Positions 50,171-59,857 of a stretch of 64,000 nucleotides of DNA are shown piece after piece. The first letter of the stretch is position 1, and every line of letters starts with the position of its first letter. The position numbers and the translations under genes are program-made. Origin of the DNA: Candidatus Bathyarchaeota archaeon (GTDB lineage Archaea; Thermoproteota; Bathyarchaeia; Bathyarchaeales; Bathycorpusculaceae); NCBI GenBank assembly GCA_963827165.1, contig CAWGZR010000010.1:256001-320000 (forward strand). Reading direction: 5' to 3'. The notes under the pieces were generated by a model. The model had not been told where the DNA came from and searched no databases. It was given only the letters and a program-made list of their open reading frames with translations.

Positions 50171-51453
50171 GTTTTTCCAGCCTTTTCATCGAGAACTAGG
50201 ATTTCCCTGCCAATATCTTCAAGGGAATCGCAGCAGGTCATAGCCATTGCCATGCGCAAATCGCTCTTAACGTAGTTGAGGTACATTGCTACGGCTTCGG
50301 GTCCGCCTGCAAGGCTCATCCACGCAAGCGGTCTGCCTATCAAAGCTACATCCGCGCCTAACGCCAGGATTTTCAAAACGTCAAAACCTGTTCTCACCGC
50401 GCCATCAGCCATAATTGTAATTTTTCTTTTGAACTCGTCCACGATTTCGGGAAGGACTTCTGCTACGCCTTTTCCGCAGTCCATTACTCGGCCTCCGTGA
50501 TTGCTGACGTCTAGCGCTTTTGCACCCGAATCGACAACTTTGCCCGCATCCTCTGCATTCATGATTCCCTTGTAGATTACGGGTTTTTCTGTAGAATCGA
50601 CCAGTTCTTTGAGATCGCCCTCGCTTTTGCGGTAAAGCGGCTTGCCCCTCAGCGCCCAATTAGTGGAGCCGTATCCGTCCAAATCAACCCCGATAGCCAC
50701 GACGTCGGCTTGTTCACACCGCTTAAACAGGGTCAAAAGACGATCTTGAGATTGAGGCTTGAAAACAGGAATGCCCCAACCGCCGAGTCGGCCGATAACA
50801 TCTATGCCCGGATGGTCTGGCGCGTCGACTGTGTTGCCGCTTAACCCGACGGTACCTGCTAGCTTAGCGCCTTCAACCATGCCACGCTGGAATTCCTCCT
50901 CGCTCAAGGCGCCATTCATACTAATCAATGTCCCGCTGAAACTTGACGCCAAAACGGGTAAAACAATTTTGTTTCCCAGAAAATTTGTTTCAAAGTTTGG
51001 CTCGAGATGGTCTTTGATGACACGCATTTTCAGCTTATATCGGGATAGGGCTTGGAAGTTTGCGGTCCATGTTTTGCCTTGCCCAGCGCCACCGAACCCG
51101 ATTGGTTTGCCGTACTTCATGCCCTGGCAGAGTCTGTCAGGGTCTCCGTCACACACCTTGTTTACAGCACAGATTCTTGAAAGCTGCTTTCTGGCGATGT
51201 CTCGGTAGTACGTGATGTCTTTTGAGGGTTTTTCATTGGGCGGTGGGAAGTTTCTTTCGTAATTTGCCCTTACTTGAACATATTGTTGTTCGCTGATTTC
51301 TTTGAGGTTCCCTTTCCAATGACCGCAGACAGGGCAGCGCCAAGCGTTTGAAATTTCCGCAAGGTTCGAACCCGGCGGCAACTCCGCTCCTACGTCGCCT
51401 TTTTCCACGTCAAACGTAAAGCTACGGCAAAACCCACACACAAACTTCAACAA
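50167..51453 (-). CDS. FMN alpha-hydroxy-acid dehydrogenase with an N-terminal rubredoxin-like domain
   Basis: CGFC...WRCPVCG; [30 protein letters not shown]. Confidence 0.9.
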   Translation of the reverse strand: MLKFVCGFCRSFTFDVEKGDVGAELPPGSNLAEISNAWRCPVCGHWKGNLKEISEQQYVQVRANYERNFPPPNEKPSKDITYYRDIARKQLSRICAVNKVCDGDPDRLCQGMKYGKPIGFGGAGQGKTWTANFQALSRYKLKMRVIKDHLEPNFETNFLGNKIVLPVLASSFSGTLISMNGALSEEEFQRGMVEGAKLAGTVGLSGNTVDAPDHPGIDVIGRLGGWGIPVFKPQSQDRLLTLFKRCEQADVVAIGVDLDGYGSTNWALRGKPLYRKSEGDLKELVDSTEKPVIYKGIMNAEDAGKVVDSGAKALDVSNHGGRVMDCGKGVAEVLPEIVDEFKRKITIMADGAVRTGFDVLKILALGADVALIGRPLAWMSLAGGPEAVAMYLNYVKSDLRMAMAMTCCDSLEDIGREILVLDEKAGKT

Positions 51454-51772
51454 TAAACACCGAGTACAATTTGTCCCTTGAGGCGCTGAAACCTAACCAA
51501 ATCCAAGTTTACCGTTTCTAAAAAACTTTTGCAACTCGGTGATAGGAGCCGCTGTTGGCTCGCTATTAATTCTTTTCGCGCGAAGCAGATCAAATGATAA
51601 ATGCTTCACCTACTACCACCAAGCATCCGAGCAACGTAAGAAACAAATACAAAAAGTCCCATTCGTCTATTATGAAAACTTGGAAACTTCAACCTTGGAA
51701 AACACTTAAATCGCAGCCTAAAACCCATTCTTAATGATAGTATTTTGCAGCATTTGAAATGAAGGTTTGTTT

Positions 51773-52609
51773 ATGAGTCAGAAAGATTTTGCTTTTGATT
51801 TTATAAAAATTGATTTGCCCCCTGCAAGGCCAAGAAACGCGGGGATAATTGAGTTCAGAGGACCATACTACAACTCTGTGAGTTACGGTTTTTTGAAGGA
51901 TTTGCTTGATGACTGGGCTTTCTACGTGGACGGGTTCAAGTTTGCGGGCGGCTCAATGCGGCTGCTTCCAAGGGCAAGGGTGCGCCAAATAATAGCGGCA
52001 TGCCACGACTACCGGCTTTACGTGTCTACAGGCGGCTTTGTTGAAAGAGTAATTGTTCAGGGACACGAAGCCGTCGACAGTTATTTGGATGAATGCAAGC
52101 AGCTGGGGTTTGACGTTGTCGAGGTGTCGAGCGGGCTTGCACCTATCCCGTTGGAGGATAAACTTGCGATCATGCGCCAGGTGCAAAAAAGGGGCATGAA
52201 ACCCAAACCCGAAGTTACAATGATGGTTGGAGCAGGCGCAGGCACCCATGTCGCCGGATACGAAGCGGATATGAAGCTTCGAAGCTTCGACGAGTTCTCT
52301 GAAGAAGTGTCAACCCATCTCAAGGCAGGCGCAGAGATGATAATGATTGAATCCGAAGGATTGACTGAGGATTTGCCGCCTGAAGAGTGGAAAACCGACG
52401 TCATCAAAAAAATCATCGACAAGTTCGGGCTGAAAAACCTGATGTTCGAAGCAGCAGACCCCCCAGTTTTCAAGTGGTATCTCAAAAACTTCGGAAAAGA
52501 AGTCAATTTATTTATCGATTACTCGCAAATCGTCGAGTTTACCGCTTGGAAAACCAAGCTTTGGGGTGACCCTGAAATCTGGCGAGGGAAAGACGTAAAG
52601 TACCGGTAA
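51773..52609 (+). CDS. Phosphosulfolactate synthase-like (ComA/Hsa32 family) TIM barrel
   Basis: EFRGPYY, DGFKFAGGS, GFDVVEVSSG, KPEV, IMIESEG, FEAADP, VNLF. Confidence 0.85.
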   Translation: MSQKDFAFDFIKIDLPPARPRNAGIIEFRGPYYNSVSYGFLKDLLDDWAFYVDGFKFAGGSMRLLPRARVRQIIAACHDYRLYVSTGGFVERVIVQGHEAVDSYLDECKQLGFDVVEVSSGLAPIPLEDKLAIMRQVQKRGMKPKPEVTMMVGAGAGTHVAGYEADMKLRSFDEFSEEVSTHLKAGAEMIMIESEGLTEDLPPEEWKTDVIKKIIDKFGLKNLMFEAADPPVFKWYLKNFGKEVNLFIDYSQIVEFTAWKTKLWGDPEIWRGKDVKYR

Positions 52610-52691
52610 AAACAAAAATGATTTAAGAAGAAATCAAAAAACTTCGGCTTCTCCGATATCGAGCATTATTTTTTGGTTTGATTTTTTCTAT

Positions 52692-53519
52692 TTAGCTTGG
52701 GCTTTTGCTCACTTCTATGTTGGTCTGTGCGCCTGTGATTGATGTTTTCTGGGTATCGGTGGCTGTGATTGTTTGGAAACCTGGTGAACTTAAAATAACA
52801 CTTGTGAAGGTGTGAGTTCCTTTGTCGGTTGCTTGGAACGTGTAATCCTTAGGCAACTGGGCTTGATTGTCAGTAGAAGTTATTTTGACCGTGCCGGCAT
52901 AGGAAGTTACTGGCTTTCCATTTGCATTTTTCGCTGCAACCGTAAATGAGCCAGCGGTGCCTGGGGATGTTAGGTTCGGGAAGCCTGAAACGTAGAGGTT
53001 TGTGGCCGTTGAGGTCGTTACTGCGGAGCTGGTAGATGAAGTTGAGAATAGGGTTGACGCTAATTCATCTAGTTTTTCGTTGAATTTTTTGGCTGAGAAT
53101 CCCGCAAGGAATCCTATTGCGCAGTAGAGGAGCACCCCTTTTGTGTAATCGACTTGAGAAACTGAACCCAACGTCAAGAGTCCGCCTACGACTAAGAAGT
53201 AAGCAAGGATGCCTAGTACAAATCCGGTGACGGGGTGATAGAGGTACCACCATCGCCATTTAGGGTCAAAATCGTCTTCACTGGTGTGGTATATGAATCC
53301 CCGTATGCCGTAGAAAACTCCGCCTAATCCACCAGCGACTCCGACATACAAGACCGTTTTTAACAAAACGTCGTTTATGTGCTCAAAATAAGTTGCAGCG
53401 GCGATAGCTATCAGCACAAATAGGGCAGCTAAAAGATAAAATCCGACTATATTTTTTGCTCTTTGAACTTCTTCGTTCTTATCCGCGTCGGTTTGAGGCT
53501 TTGTAGGTTTTTCAGTCAT
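52692..53519 (-). CDS. Four-TM membrane protein with a C-terminal Ig-like beta-sandwich
   Basis: WWYLYHPVTG...GFLAGFS, S/T-rich linker, then FTVAAKNANG...GTVKITSTD. Confidence 0.7.
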   Translation of the reverse strand: MTEKPTKPQTDADKNEEVQRAKNIVGFYLLAALFVLIAIAAATYFEHINDVLLKTVLYVGVAGGLGGVFYGIRGFIYHTSEDDFDPKWRWWYLYHPVTGFVLGILAYFLVVGGLLTLGSVSQVDYTKGVLLYCAIGFLAGFSAKKFNEKLDELASTLFSTSSTSSAVTTSTATNLYVSGFPNLTSPGTAGSFTVAAKNANGKPVTSYAGTVKITSTDNQAQLPKDYTFQATDKGTHTFTSVILSSPGFQTITATDTQKTSITGAQTNIEVSKSPS

Positions 53520-53722
53520 TTCATTTCACCTTCCCTGTCTGTTACGCGAAGATGGGTTGATGCTGCTTATTGCGGGGCATATACCAAGTTTGAAAACAAT
53601 GAGAGCCAAATCCATTAGAAATTGAGTTAAGCGTACCAGGCAAGGGTTTGGTCGATAATCTAGTCAACTCTAAACACTCTATTAAAATTTCTGTATCAGA
53701 ATTCTCGCGACACAACAGTTAA

Positions 53723-55090
53723 CTAGTCAGCAAGATTCAGGTTTTCCGTCAACATCCGAACCTCAATATTTTCCAAATGGATCACCGCATTCATAATTTT
53801 CTTTTTCCTATCCTCATCAATGAACCCAGAAACCAGCGACGAAAACTTTTCCATCGCACTTCCCATGCTCATCGGCCGGGTTAAGAATCCTTCATAGTCA
53901 TCAACAGTTTTTGTAACGGTTTTCCCGTTCCTCAAGTGAATCGTTATTTCGCATGGCACGGCGTTTGGAAATCTGCCACTCAACTCAGCTGAAGGGGTTA
54001 CCTTAACCCTTTTTAGAAGAGCCTGCACGTCGCCTGCCGCTATTCTTCGGGGCAGGTACTGTTCCGGGGTGACTTTGCCATCTATTAAGGCGGCTGAAAG
54101 GATGTATGGGAGACTGTGGTCGGCGTCTTCTTTGGTTTTGACATGTTTCTTTTCGCCTTCTTCTCCACCGCCTATTATGTTGTATGCAACGTCAAAAATT
54201 TTCACGCAAATTGAATCCACATTTTCTGCCCTGACCCCCTCCGACTCCGTCTGCCTCAGTAGCAGCATGCAGTCTATTGCTGATTGGGAATGAATCTCAG
54301 CGTTGTACTTTTTGAGTATCGTGCGGTTTACTATCTCAAGGTTCTCTTTTTGCCAGTTGATTTCGAAGTGTCCAGCAATCGAGTCCATGAACCCTTTGTT
54401 GCCTTCGAAAACTTCCAGCGGACCAGTAATTCCCTCTTTAGCCAGAAAAGCAGCGTGCAAAGCACAGGAAGACATGAACGGGTATGCGAGGCCTTTCCAG
54501 TTGGAGAGTTTCCCGGTTCGTGTTACCCGAAGGGCGTTGAGTGATGTGCCGCTGATAGCGACGGCGTTGGCTGTTCGGGCAGCATCGAGTCCCAGCGCTT
54601 TGGACACGCCAGCCGCTACGGCGTAGGTCCCTTGGGTTACATGGTCAAAACCACGGTCTCTCACGGGCGCCACCTCGCTTAAACGGCACTGAACCTGATA
54701 TGCCACAGCCAAAGCAACCAGAAAATCCTTCCCTGACAAATCACCGTACTCTGAAGCTGCAAGCACAGAAGCAAGGTTATCGCTTGGGTGGCATGTTTCG
54801 CCTTTGGATAGGAAACTATCGTTAAAATCCAGGTACCTGACAAGGGCACCGTTGATGAATGCGGCTCGATCGGGCGCGGTTTTACCCCCGCCTATCAAAG
54901 TGCAGAGGGATGACCCGCCGAATTCACTTTCAACTTTACGAATTGACTTCACGGGCGGACTGTCTAATGCTCCTATTGCGCAGCCTAACGCGTCAAGAAC
55001 CCTAATTTTTAACTGCTCAACAGCTTGGTTTGACAAGTCTCTAAAGGCGGTTGCATGAACGAAGTCTGCAAGCTCCTCAACACAAGTCAT
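53723..55090 (-). CDS. prpD: MmgE/PrpD family (2-methylcitrate dehydratase-like)
   Basis: NGALVRYLDFNDS...CHPSDN, GFDHVT, LSNWKG, ADHSLPY. Confidence 0.92.
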   Translation of the reverse strand: MTCVEELADFVHATAFRDLSNQAVEQLKIRVLDALGCAIGALDSPPVKSIRKVESEFGGSSLCTLIGGGKTAPDRAAFINGALVRYLDFNDSFLSKGETCHPSDNLASVLAASEYGDLSGKDFLVALAVAYQVQCRLSEVAPVRDRGFDHVTQGTYAVAAGVSKALGLDAARTANAVAISGTSLNALRVTRTGKLSNWKGLAYPFMSSCALHAAFLAKEGITGPLEVFEGNKGFMDSIAGHFEINWQKENLEIVNRTILKKYNAEIHSQSAIDCMLLLRQTESEGVRAENVDSICVKIFDVAYNIIGGGEEGEKKHVKTKEDADHSLPYILSAALIDGKVTPEQYLPRRIAAGDVQALLKRVKVTPSAELSGRFPNAVPCEITIHLRNGKTVTKTVDDYEGFLTRPMSMGSAMEKFSSLVSGFIDEDRKKKIMNAVIHLENIEVRMLTENLNLAD

Positions 55091-55209
55091 CAACAACGAA
55101 TCTCCCTGTACCCGTCAAATAGGTTAAGCCCCATGAAGCAATAAGACTTGCCCTCCAAGGCATGTTGCGTGAGCTGAAAAATTCTTATTCCGCTTCTACA
55201 ACCTAACTA

Positions 55210-56373
55210 GTGATTGCCTTGAATTTAATTGAGAACGAAGCTAAGCAGGTGTTCTTCAAGTATGGTATTCCGATTCCAAAAGGAACACTAATCGCCAACC
55301 CAAAGCAAATAGCAGCTGCAACACAAAACATGAAGCCGCCCTACATGGTTAAAGCCCAAATTTCCTCGGGTGGAAGGGGAAAAGCTGGAGGAATCATACC
55401 TGTTACATCTGCAGGTGAAGCGGAAGAAGCCGCAAAGAAACTTTTTGGGACACAGATAAAAAATCTGCCAGTTAAGCAGGTGCTAGTCGAGGAAAAACTT
55501 TCGGTAAAAAAAGAATTGTACTTGGGAATAACGGTTGACCGATCTAACCGCGGCTACTTTGCTTTGGCTTCCGCGGTTGGCGGGGTGGAAATCGAAGAAG
55601 TAGCCGAAAAAACACCCGGCGCAATTTTCAGAAGCAAAGTTGATTCCCAGTTGGGCATGCGCTCTTTTCATGCATTAATCATTGCGAAGTATCTTGGCTA
55701 TGGCGGCAGCCAACTTCTGGAGGTGTCGGCTATCATCCAAAAGCTTTATCGGGCATGTGTCGAAAGTGACGCTGAAATAGCAGAGATTAATCCTTTGGTG
55801 GAAACGGAGACGGGAAATTTTGTGGCGGCTGACGCCCGCATGGTAATAGACGATAATGCGTTGTTTAGGCATCCTGAATTTGCTGCGGAGAGCGCTCGGA
55901 CGCTTTCAGCTCAAGAGGTTTTGGCTCAAAAAAACAATTTGGCTTACGTTAAGCTTGACGGCAATATAGGTGTAGTAGGCAATGGCGCGGGGTTGGTTAT
56001 GGCGACGCTTGATTTGTTGACGTTTTTTGGAGGCAAACCTGCCAATTTCCTGGATGTTGGCGGCGGGGCAAACATGGAAGCAATCAAATCGGCTTTGGAA
56101 ATCGTCCTCACCGACCTACAGACTAAAGCTGTTTTGGTCAACGTTCTTGGCGGCATAACGCGCTGCGACGAGGTTGCAAGGGGCATTGTGGAAGCTGTCA
56201 AAGATGTCGGGGCAGGGAAGCCTTTGGCTGTTAGGCTTGTTGGCACAAACCAGCGGGAAGGACAAAAAATCCTCGCTGATGCGGGAATAAGCGTTTTGGA
56301 TAGTATGGAGGAAGCGGCAAAACAGGCGGTTAAGTTTGCGGCGGAGGGAAGTGGGAATGGGAATTTTGGTTGA
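55210..56373 (+). CDS. sucC: Succinyl-CoA synthetase beta subunit
   Basis: KAQ...GGRGKAGG, EINPL, DDNALFRH, GNGAGLVMATLD, ANFLDVGGG. Confidence 0.97.
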   Translation: MIALNLIENEAKQVFFKYGIPIPKGTLIANPKQIAAATQNMKPPYMVKAQISSGGRGKAGGIIPVTSAGEAEEAAKKLFGTQIKNLPVKQVLVEEKLSVKKELYLGITVDRSNRGYFALASAVGGVEIEEVAEKTPGAIFRSKVDSQLGMRSFHALIIAKYLGYGGSQLLEVSAIIQKLYRACVESDAEIAEINPLVETETGNFVAADARMVIDDNALFRHPEFAAESARTLSAQEVLAQKNNLAYVKLDGNIGVVGNGAGLVMATLDLLTFFGGKPANFLDVGGGANMEAIKSALEIVLTDLQTKAVLVNVLGGITRCDEVARGIVEAVKDVGAGKPLAVRLVGTNQREGQKILADAGISVLDSMEEAAKQAVKFAAEGSGNGNFG

Positions 56374-57226
56374 TTCGGGCACTAAAGCGATTGTTCAAGG
56401 GATCACTGGTAAGCAGGGCAGCTACCAGACCAAACTTATGGTTGATTACGGAACAAAAATTGTGGCGGGAGTCGTTCCTGGCAAGGGCGGATCGACCGTC
56501 AACGGCATGCCAGTTTTCGACACTGTACGCGAAACTGTGGACACTTATTCGCCAGATGCCTCAATAATTTTTGTGCCGGCGCCAATTGCGCAAGACGCGG
56601 TTTTAGAAGCTATTGCCAACGAAATCAAAACAGTCGTTATAATCACCGAACATATACCGATAAGAGATGTCGTAAACTTCATGGGTTATGCGGCGCAGAT
56701 GCGAGTTTCCATCATCGGTCCAAATACGCCTGGAATTATTACGCCCGGAGAATGTAAACTTGGAATAATGCCAGCTGAAGTTTTTACGCCGGGTAGCGTT
56801 GGATTGGCATCAAGAAGCGGAACACTCACCTATGAAATAGCTGCTGGACTGACGGCTAAAGGTTTGGGGCAGTCGACCTGCTTGGGCGTCGGCGGCGACC
56901 CCGTTGTAGGCTTAAACTTTATCGAAGCGTTGGAGCTCTTCAAGTCTGATTCACAGACAAAAGCGGTGGTTTTGATAGGTGAAATCGGCGGCAATATGGA
57001 AGAGCAAACGGCACAGTATATAACTCAAACACATTATCCTAAGCCGGTCGTCGCATATGTGGCAGGACGTTATGTACCTGAAGGTAAAAGGATGGGGCAC
57101 GCAGGTGCCATAATAACGGGTAAGCAAGGAACTGCTCAAAGCAAGATTGATGCGTTTTCAAAAGCCGGCGTCAGGGTTGCTGAGAAGCCAAGCGATGTTT
57201 CTGCTTTATTGGCTGATTTAACCTGA
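56357..57226 (+). CDS. sucD: Succinyl-CoA synthetase alpha subunit
   Basis: VQGITG, IGPNTPG, SRSGTLTYE, GEIGG, RMGHAGA. Confidence 0.97.
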   Translation: MGILVDSGTKAIVQGITGKQGSYQTKLMVDYGTKIVAGVVPGKGGSTVNGMPVFDTVRETVDTYSPDASIIFVPAPIAQDAVLEAIANEIKTVVIITEHIPIRDVVNFMGYAAQMRVSIIGPNTPGIITPGECKLGIMPAEVFTPGSVGLASRSGTLTYEIAAGLTAKGLGQSTCLGVGGDPVVGLNFIEALELFKSDSQTKAVVLIGEIGGNMEEQTAQYITQTHYPKPVVAYVAGRYVPEGKRMGHAGAIITGKQGTAQSKIDAFSKAGVRVAEKPSDVSALLADLT

Positions 57227-57365
57227 GCGCCAACTGGCAAGTTGTCAATATCTGTTCAGTTGAGTTCAAGCGCCAATTCGGATTCCAAAAGATTTATCTT
57301 TAAACCTAAACAGACTATTAGTTAATTGCCAAGTCCTGAGCAGTTTTTTGCGCGAGCCGTTTTAT

Positions 57366-58325
57366 ATGAGCCAAAATAACACTAGAAAAATCAGTCCTGA
57401 AGATCTAAAGCTGTTCGATGGGTCAAACGGGAGACCTCTTTATCTTGTTTTCAAGGGCAAAGTCTACGATTTATCGACAAGCCAACTTTGGCTTGAAGGC
57501 AAACACATGGGCATGCACACCCGAACCGACGACTTAGCCGAAGCGATAAAAACCGCGCCTCACGGCGAAGACAACGTTTTCAGATTTCCCGTTATTGGCG
57601 AATTGTTAGAACCCACCCTTCAAGCTCCTGCAGCAGCCCCGATGATGGAGAAACCCTTGGAAGCGAAGGTTCAGCCATCGCCTGTTCCAGCTCAGCCAGC
57701 GAGGATGGAGAGGCGCACTTTTCTCAAGCTGGCGGCCGCGGCGGGTGGAGCAATCACGATTGCGGCTTTGTTGTCTACCCTAAAAGCAGGAACTTTCGTT
57801 CCGCCTCCAAGCTCAACTGCAGAGTGGCCAGTCGTCACTGTCACAAACATAAGCAAACTTTCAAACCTCACACCAGTCGTCTTCTACTACCCCTTAACAA
57901 GCACCCCTAACTATCTTGTCAAATTAGGAGTTGCAGCCACGGGCGGCATTGGGCCAGAAAAGGACATTGTGGCTTTCAGCGCAATTTGCCAGCATTTAGG
58001 ATGCGAATATGGCTTCGTACCTCCGGGAGGCTCACCGCCCTGCAACGCAGCTTACAAGGCTTCAATGCCTATGGGCTACTGCTGCTGTCACGGCTCTCAA
58101 TACGATTTCATCCATGGCGCAAAAGTAATCGGCGGTCCCGCTCCCCGACCAGTGCCCATGGTTCAATTGCAGCTAAACTCATCCACGGGGGACATAAGCG
58201 CGGTTGGGATGCAGGCACCTACGATTTTTGGGCATGGCCCGCCTGGAACCACTGATCCCGCGTCGGTTATGCAGTATGATTTGCAGGGTGGAGATTTGGT
58301 GACGCAATCCACAGTTTTGGGATGA
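57366..58325 (+). CDS. Cytochrome b5-like domain / Rieske [2Fe-2S] fusion with an internal twin-arginine anchor
   Basis: N-terminal FDGSNGRPLYLVFKGKVYDL...W..GKH...H...APHG; MERRTFLK plus TM helix at 57705; CQHLGC and CCCHGSQYD. Confidence 0.92.
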   Translation: MSQNNTRKISPEDLKLFDGSNGRPLYLVFKGKVYDLSTSQLWLEGKHMGMHTRTDDLAEAIKTAPHGEDNVFRFPVIGELLEPTLQAPAAAPMMEKPLEAKVQPSPVPAQPARMERRTFLKLAAAAGGAITIAALLSTLKAGTFVPPPSSTAEWPVVTVTNISKLSNLTPVVFYYPLTSTPNYLVKLGVAATGGIGPEKDIVAFSAICQHLGCEYGFVPPGGSPPCNAAYKASMPMGYCCCHGSQYDFIHGAKVIGGPAPRPVPMVQLQLNSSTGDISAVGMQAPTIFGHGPPGTTDPASVMQYDLQGGDLVTQSTVLG

Positions 58326-59857
58326 GAGATATGGGCGAAGAAACTGAGAAGAAGACGGCTTATGACAGGCTTGTCGACTGGTTTGACGTGAAATTCGGTT
58401 TTGCCAAGACACCGCTTAAGCCGATTCCAGATTTCACGATGAACCCGATTTACTGGCTTGGTTTACTCTTGGCGGTGACTTTCGGGTTGCAGGCCCTAAC
58501 AGGAATATTTATGCTTCTCTACTACGTCCCCACACCCGCCCAAGCATACTCTTCAACAGCATCCATCATCAGCTCTGTGCCTCTTGGCTCACTCGTCGAA
58601 ACCTTTCACCTATACACCGCCTATGCCATGATTCTTTTGACGTTTCTTCATTTAGTTCGCAACTTTTTCGGCAGCGCGCATAAAGGAAACAGGGACTTGA
58701 TGTGGCTTGTCGGAATCGTATTGGCCACGGTGGTAATCGGCTTCGGCGTGACAGGCTACCTTTTACCGTGGACAGTGATTTCCAAATCTGCAAGCGACGT
58801 CGCCATCGGATTCCTCAACTTCTTCCCCGTTGGCATAGCGAACCTTGGAAAATTCGTGGCAGTAGGCTCAGGAAGCGACGCCTCGGAATTAACGACTTTT
58901 CTACATATCCACACCGTTTTTCTTCCGTTGGCGCTGATTGCGCTTTTGGGATTGAAGATTTACATGTACGAAGTGCATGGCCCAATCTACGTGTCAGCAT
59001 ATGGGAAACCTGGAAAAGGCAAATACTATAGTTGGTTCCCAAAAATCTTCCTCTACTTCGTCATGCTTGCAGCTGCGTATGTTGCGATTTTGCTGGCGGC
59101 AGCGTCTCTTTTCCCTCTATCTTTAGCCCCCGCGTATTCAGCCGCAACCGCAGGCGCATACGTAGTGCAGCCCGATTGGTACCTGCTTTGGGTTTATCAA
59201 CTATTGAAAATCCAGCTTTTCGAAGGCTCCGCAGCAGCTTACGTGATAGCCGCGTTGATTGCTTTCGGAGTGATTCTTTTCCTCATGCCTTTTTACGATA
59301 GGAGCAAACGAAGAAACCTCAGCCAACGACCAGTTTACTCCACCATTGGTGCTGTTCTGATAATTGAGCTTATCACTTTGACTATATGGGGATACTTAAC
59401 ACCTGGGCAAATAATTCCAGACTATCAAGCACTCGCAGTTTTAGGCGGAGCAGCCGTGGTAACCATCGCCGCCGTCTGGGCGGTTTATCGGCTTAGACGA
59501 AAAACAAACATGGCAACAGTGATACCTGTGCAAACGAAAACCAACTCTTCCGCCGCCAACATATCCATAGCAAGCCAGTCCTTTGCAGTGCAAGCCTCCG
59601 ACGAGATGGCTCGGACAAAGAAGGAGCAAATCAAACGCGCCGGCGAAAGCCTGTTTAGCCCATTCACCGCTGTCTTCGCGGTTTTCTTGGCGGTTGCTTC
59701 GGTTTCTTTGGCATCAGCCGTAAACATGCTGCCCACCATTTCAGCGAATGCATCTTTTTTCACCTTAGCTTTAATGGCTTTCGCAGTTTCGTCTTTTTTC
59801 ATGATTCGAATGCTTCGAAAGTTTGTTTTAGCGTATGAAGGAGCGGTGGCCAAATGA
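58322..59857 (+). CDS. Cytochrome b of a Rieske/cytochrome b complex (fused form, extra C-terminal TM helices)
   Basis: TGIFMLLYYVP, H-x13-H in helix B, TGYLLPW, PDWY Qo motif, PFYD. Confidence 0.93.
   Translation: MRDMGEETEKKTAYDRLVDWFDVKFGFAKTPLKPIPDFTMNPIYWLGLLLAVTFGLQALTGIFMLLYYVPTPAQAYSSTASIISSVPLGSLVETFHLYTAYAMILLTFLHLVRNFFGSAHKGNRDLMWLVGIVLATVVIGFGVTGYLLPWTVISKSASDVAIGFLNFFPVGIANLGKFVAVGSGSDASELTTFLHIHTVFLPLALIALLGLKIYMYEVHGPIYVSAYGKPGKGKYYSWFPKIFLYFVMLAAAYVAILLAAASLFPLSLAPAYSAATAGAYVVQPDWYLLWVYQLLKIQLFEGSAAAYVIAALIAFGVILFLMPFYDRSKRRNLSQRPVYSTIGAVLIIELITLTIWGYLTPGQIIPDYQALAVLGGAAVVTIAAVWAVYRLRRKTNMATVIPVQTKTNSSAANISIASQSFAVQASDEMARTKKEQIKRAGESLFSPFTAVFAVFLAVASVSLASAVNMLPTISANASFFTLALMAFAVSSFFMIRMLRKFVLAYEGAVAK

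Noticed and set aside
51773-52609. Coenzyme M synthesis or methanogenesis inferred from ComA
   Set aside because: No comB-E or mcr genes in the window; the sequence looks like the Hsa32-like subfamily
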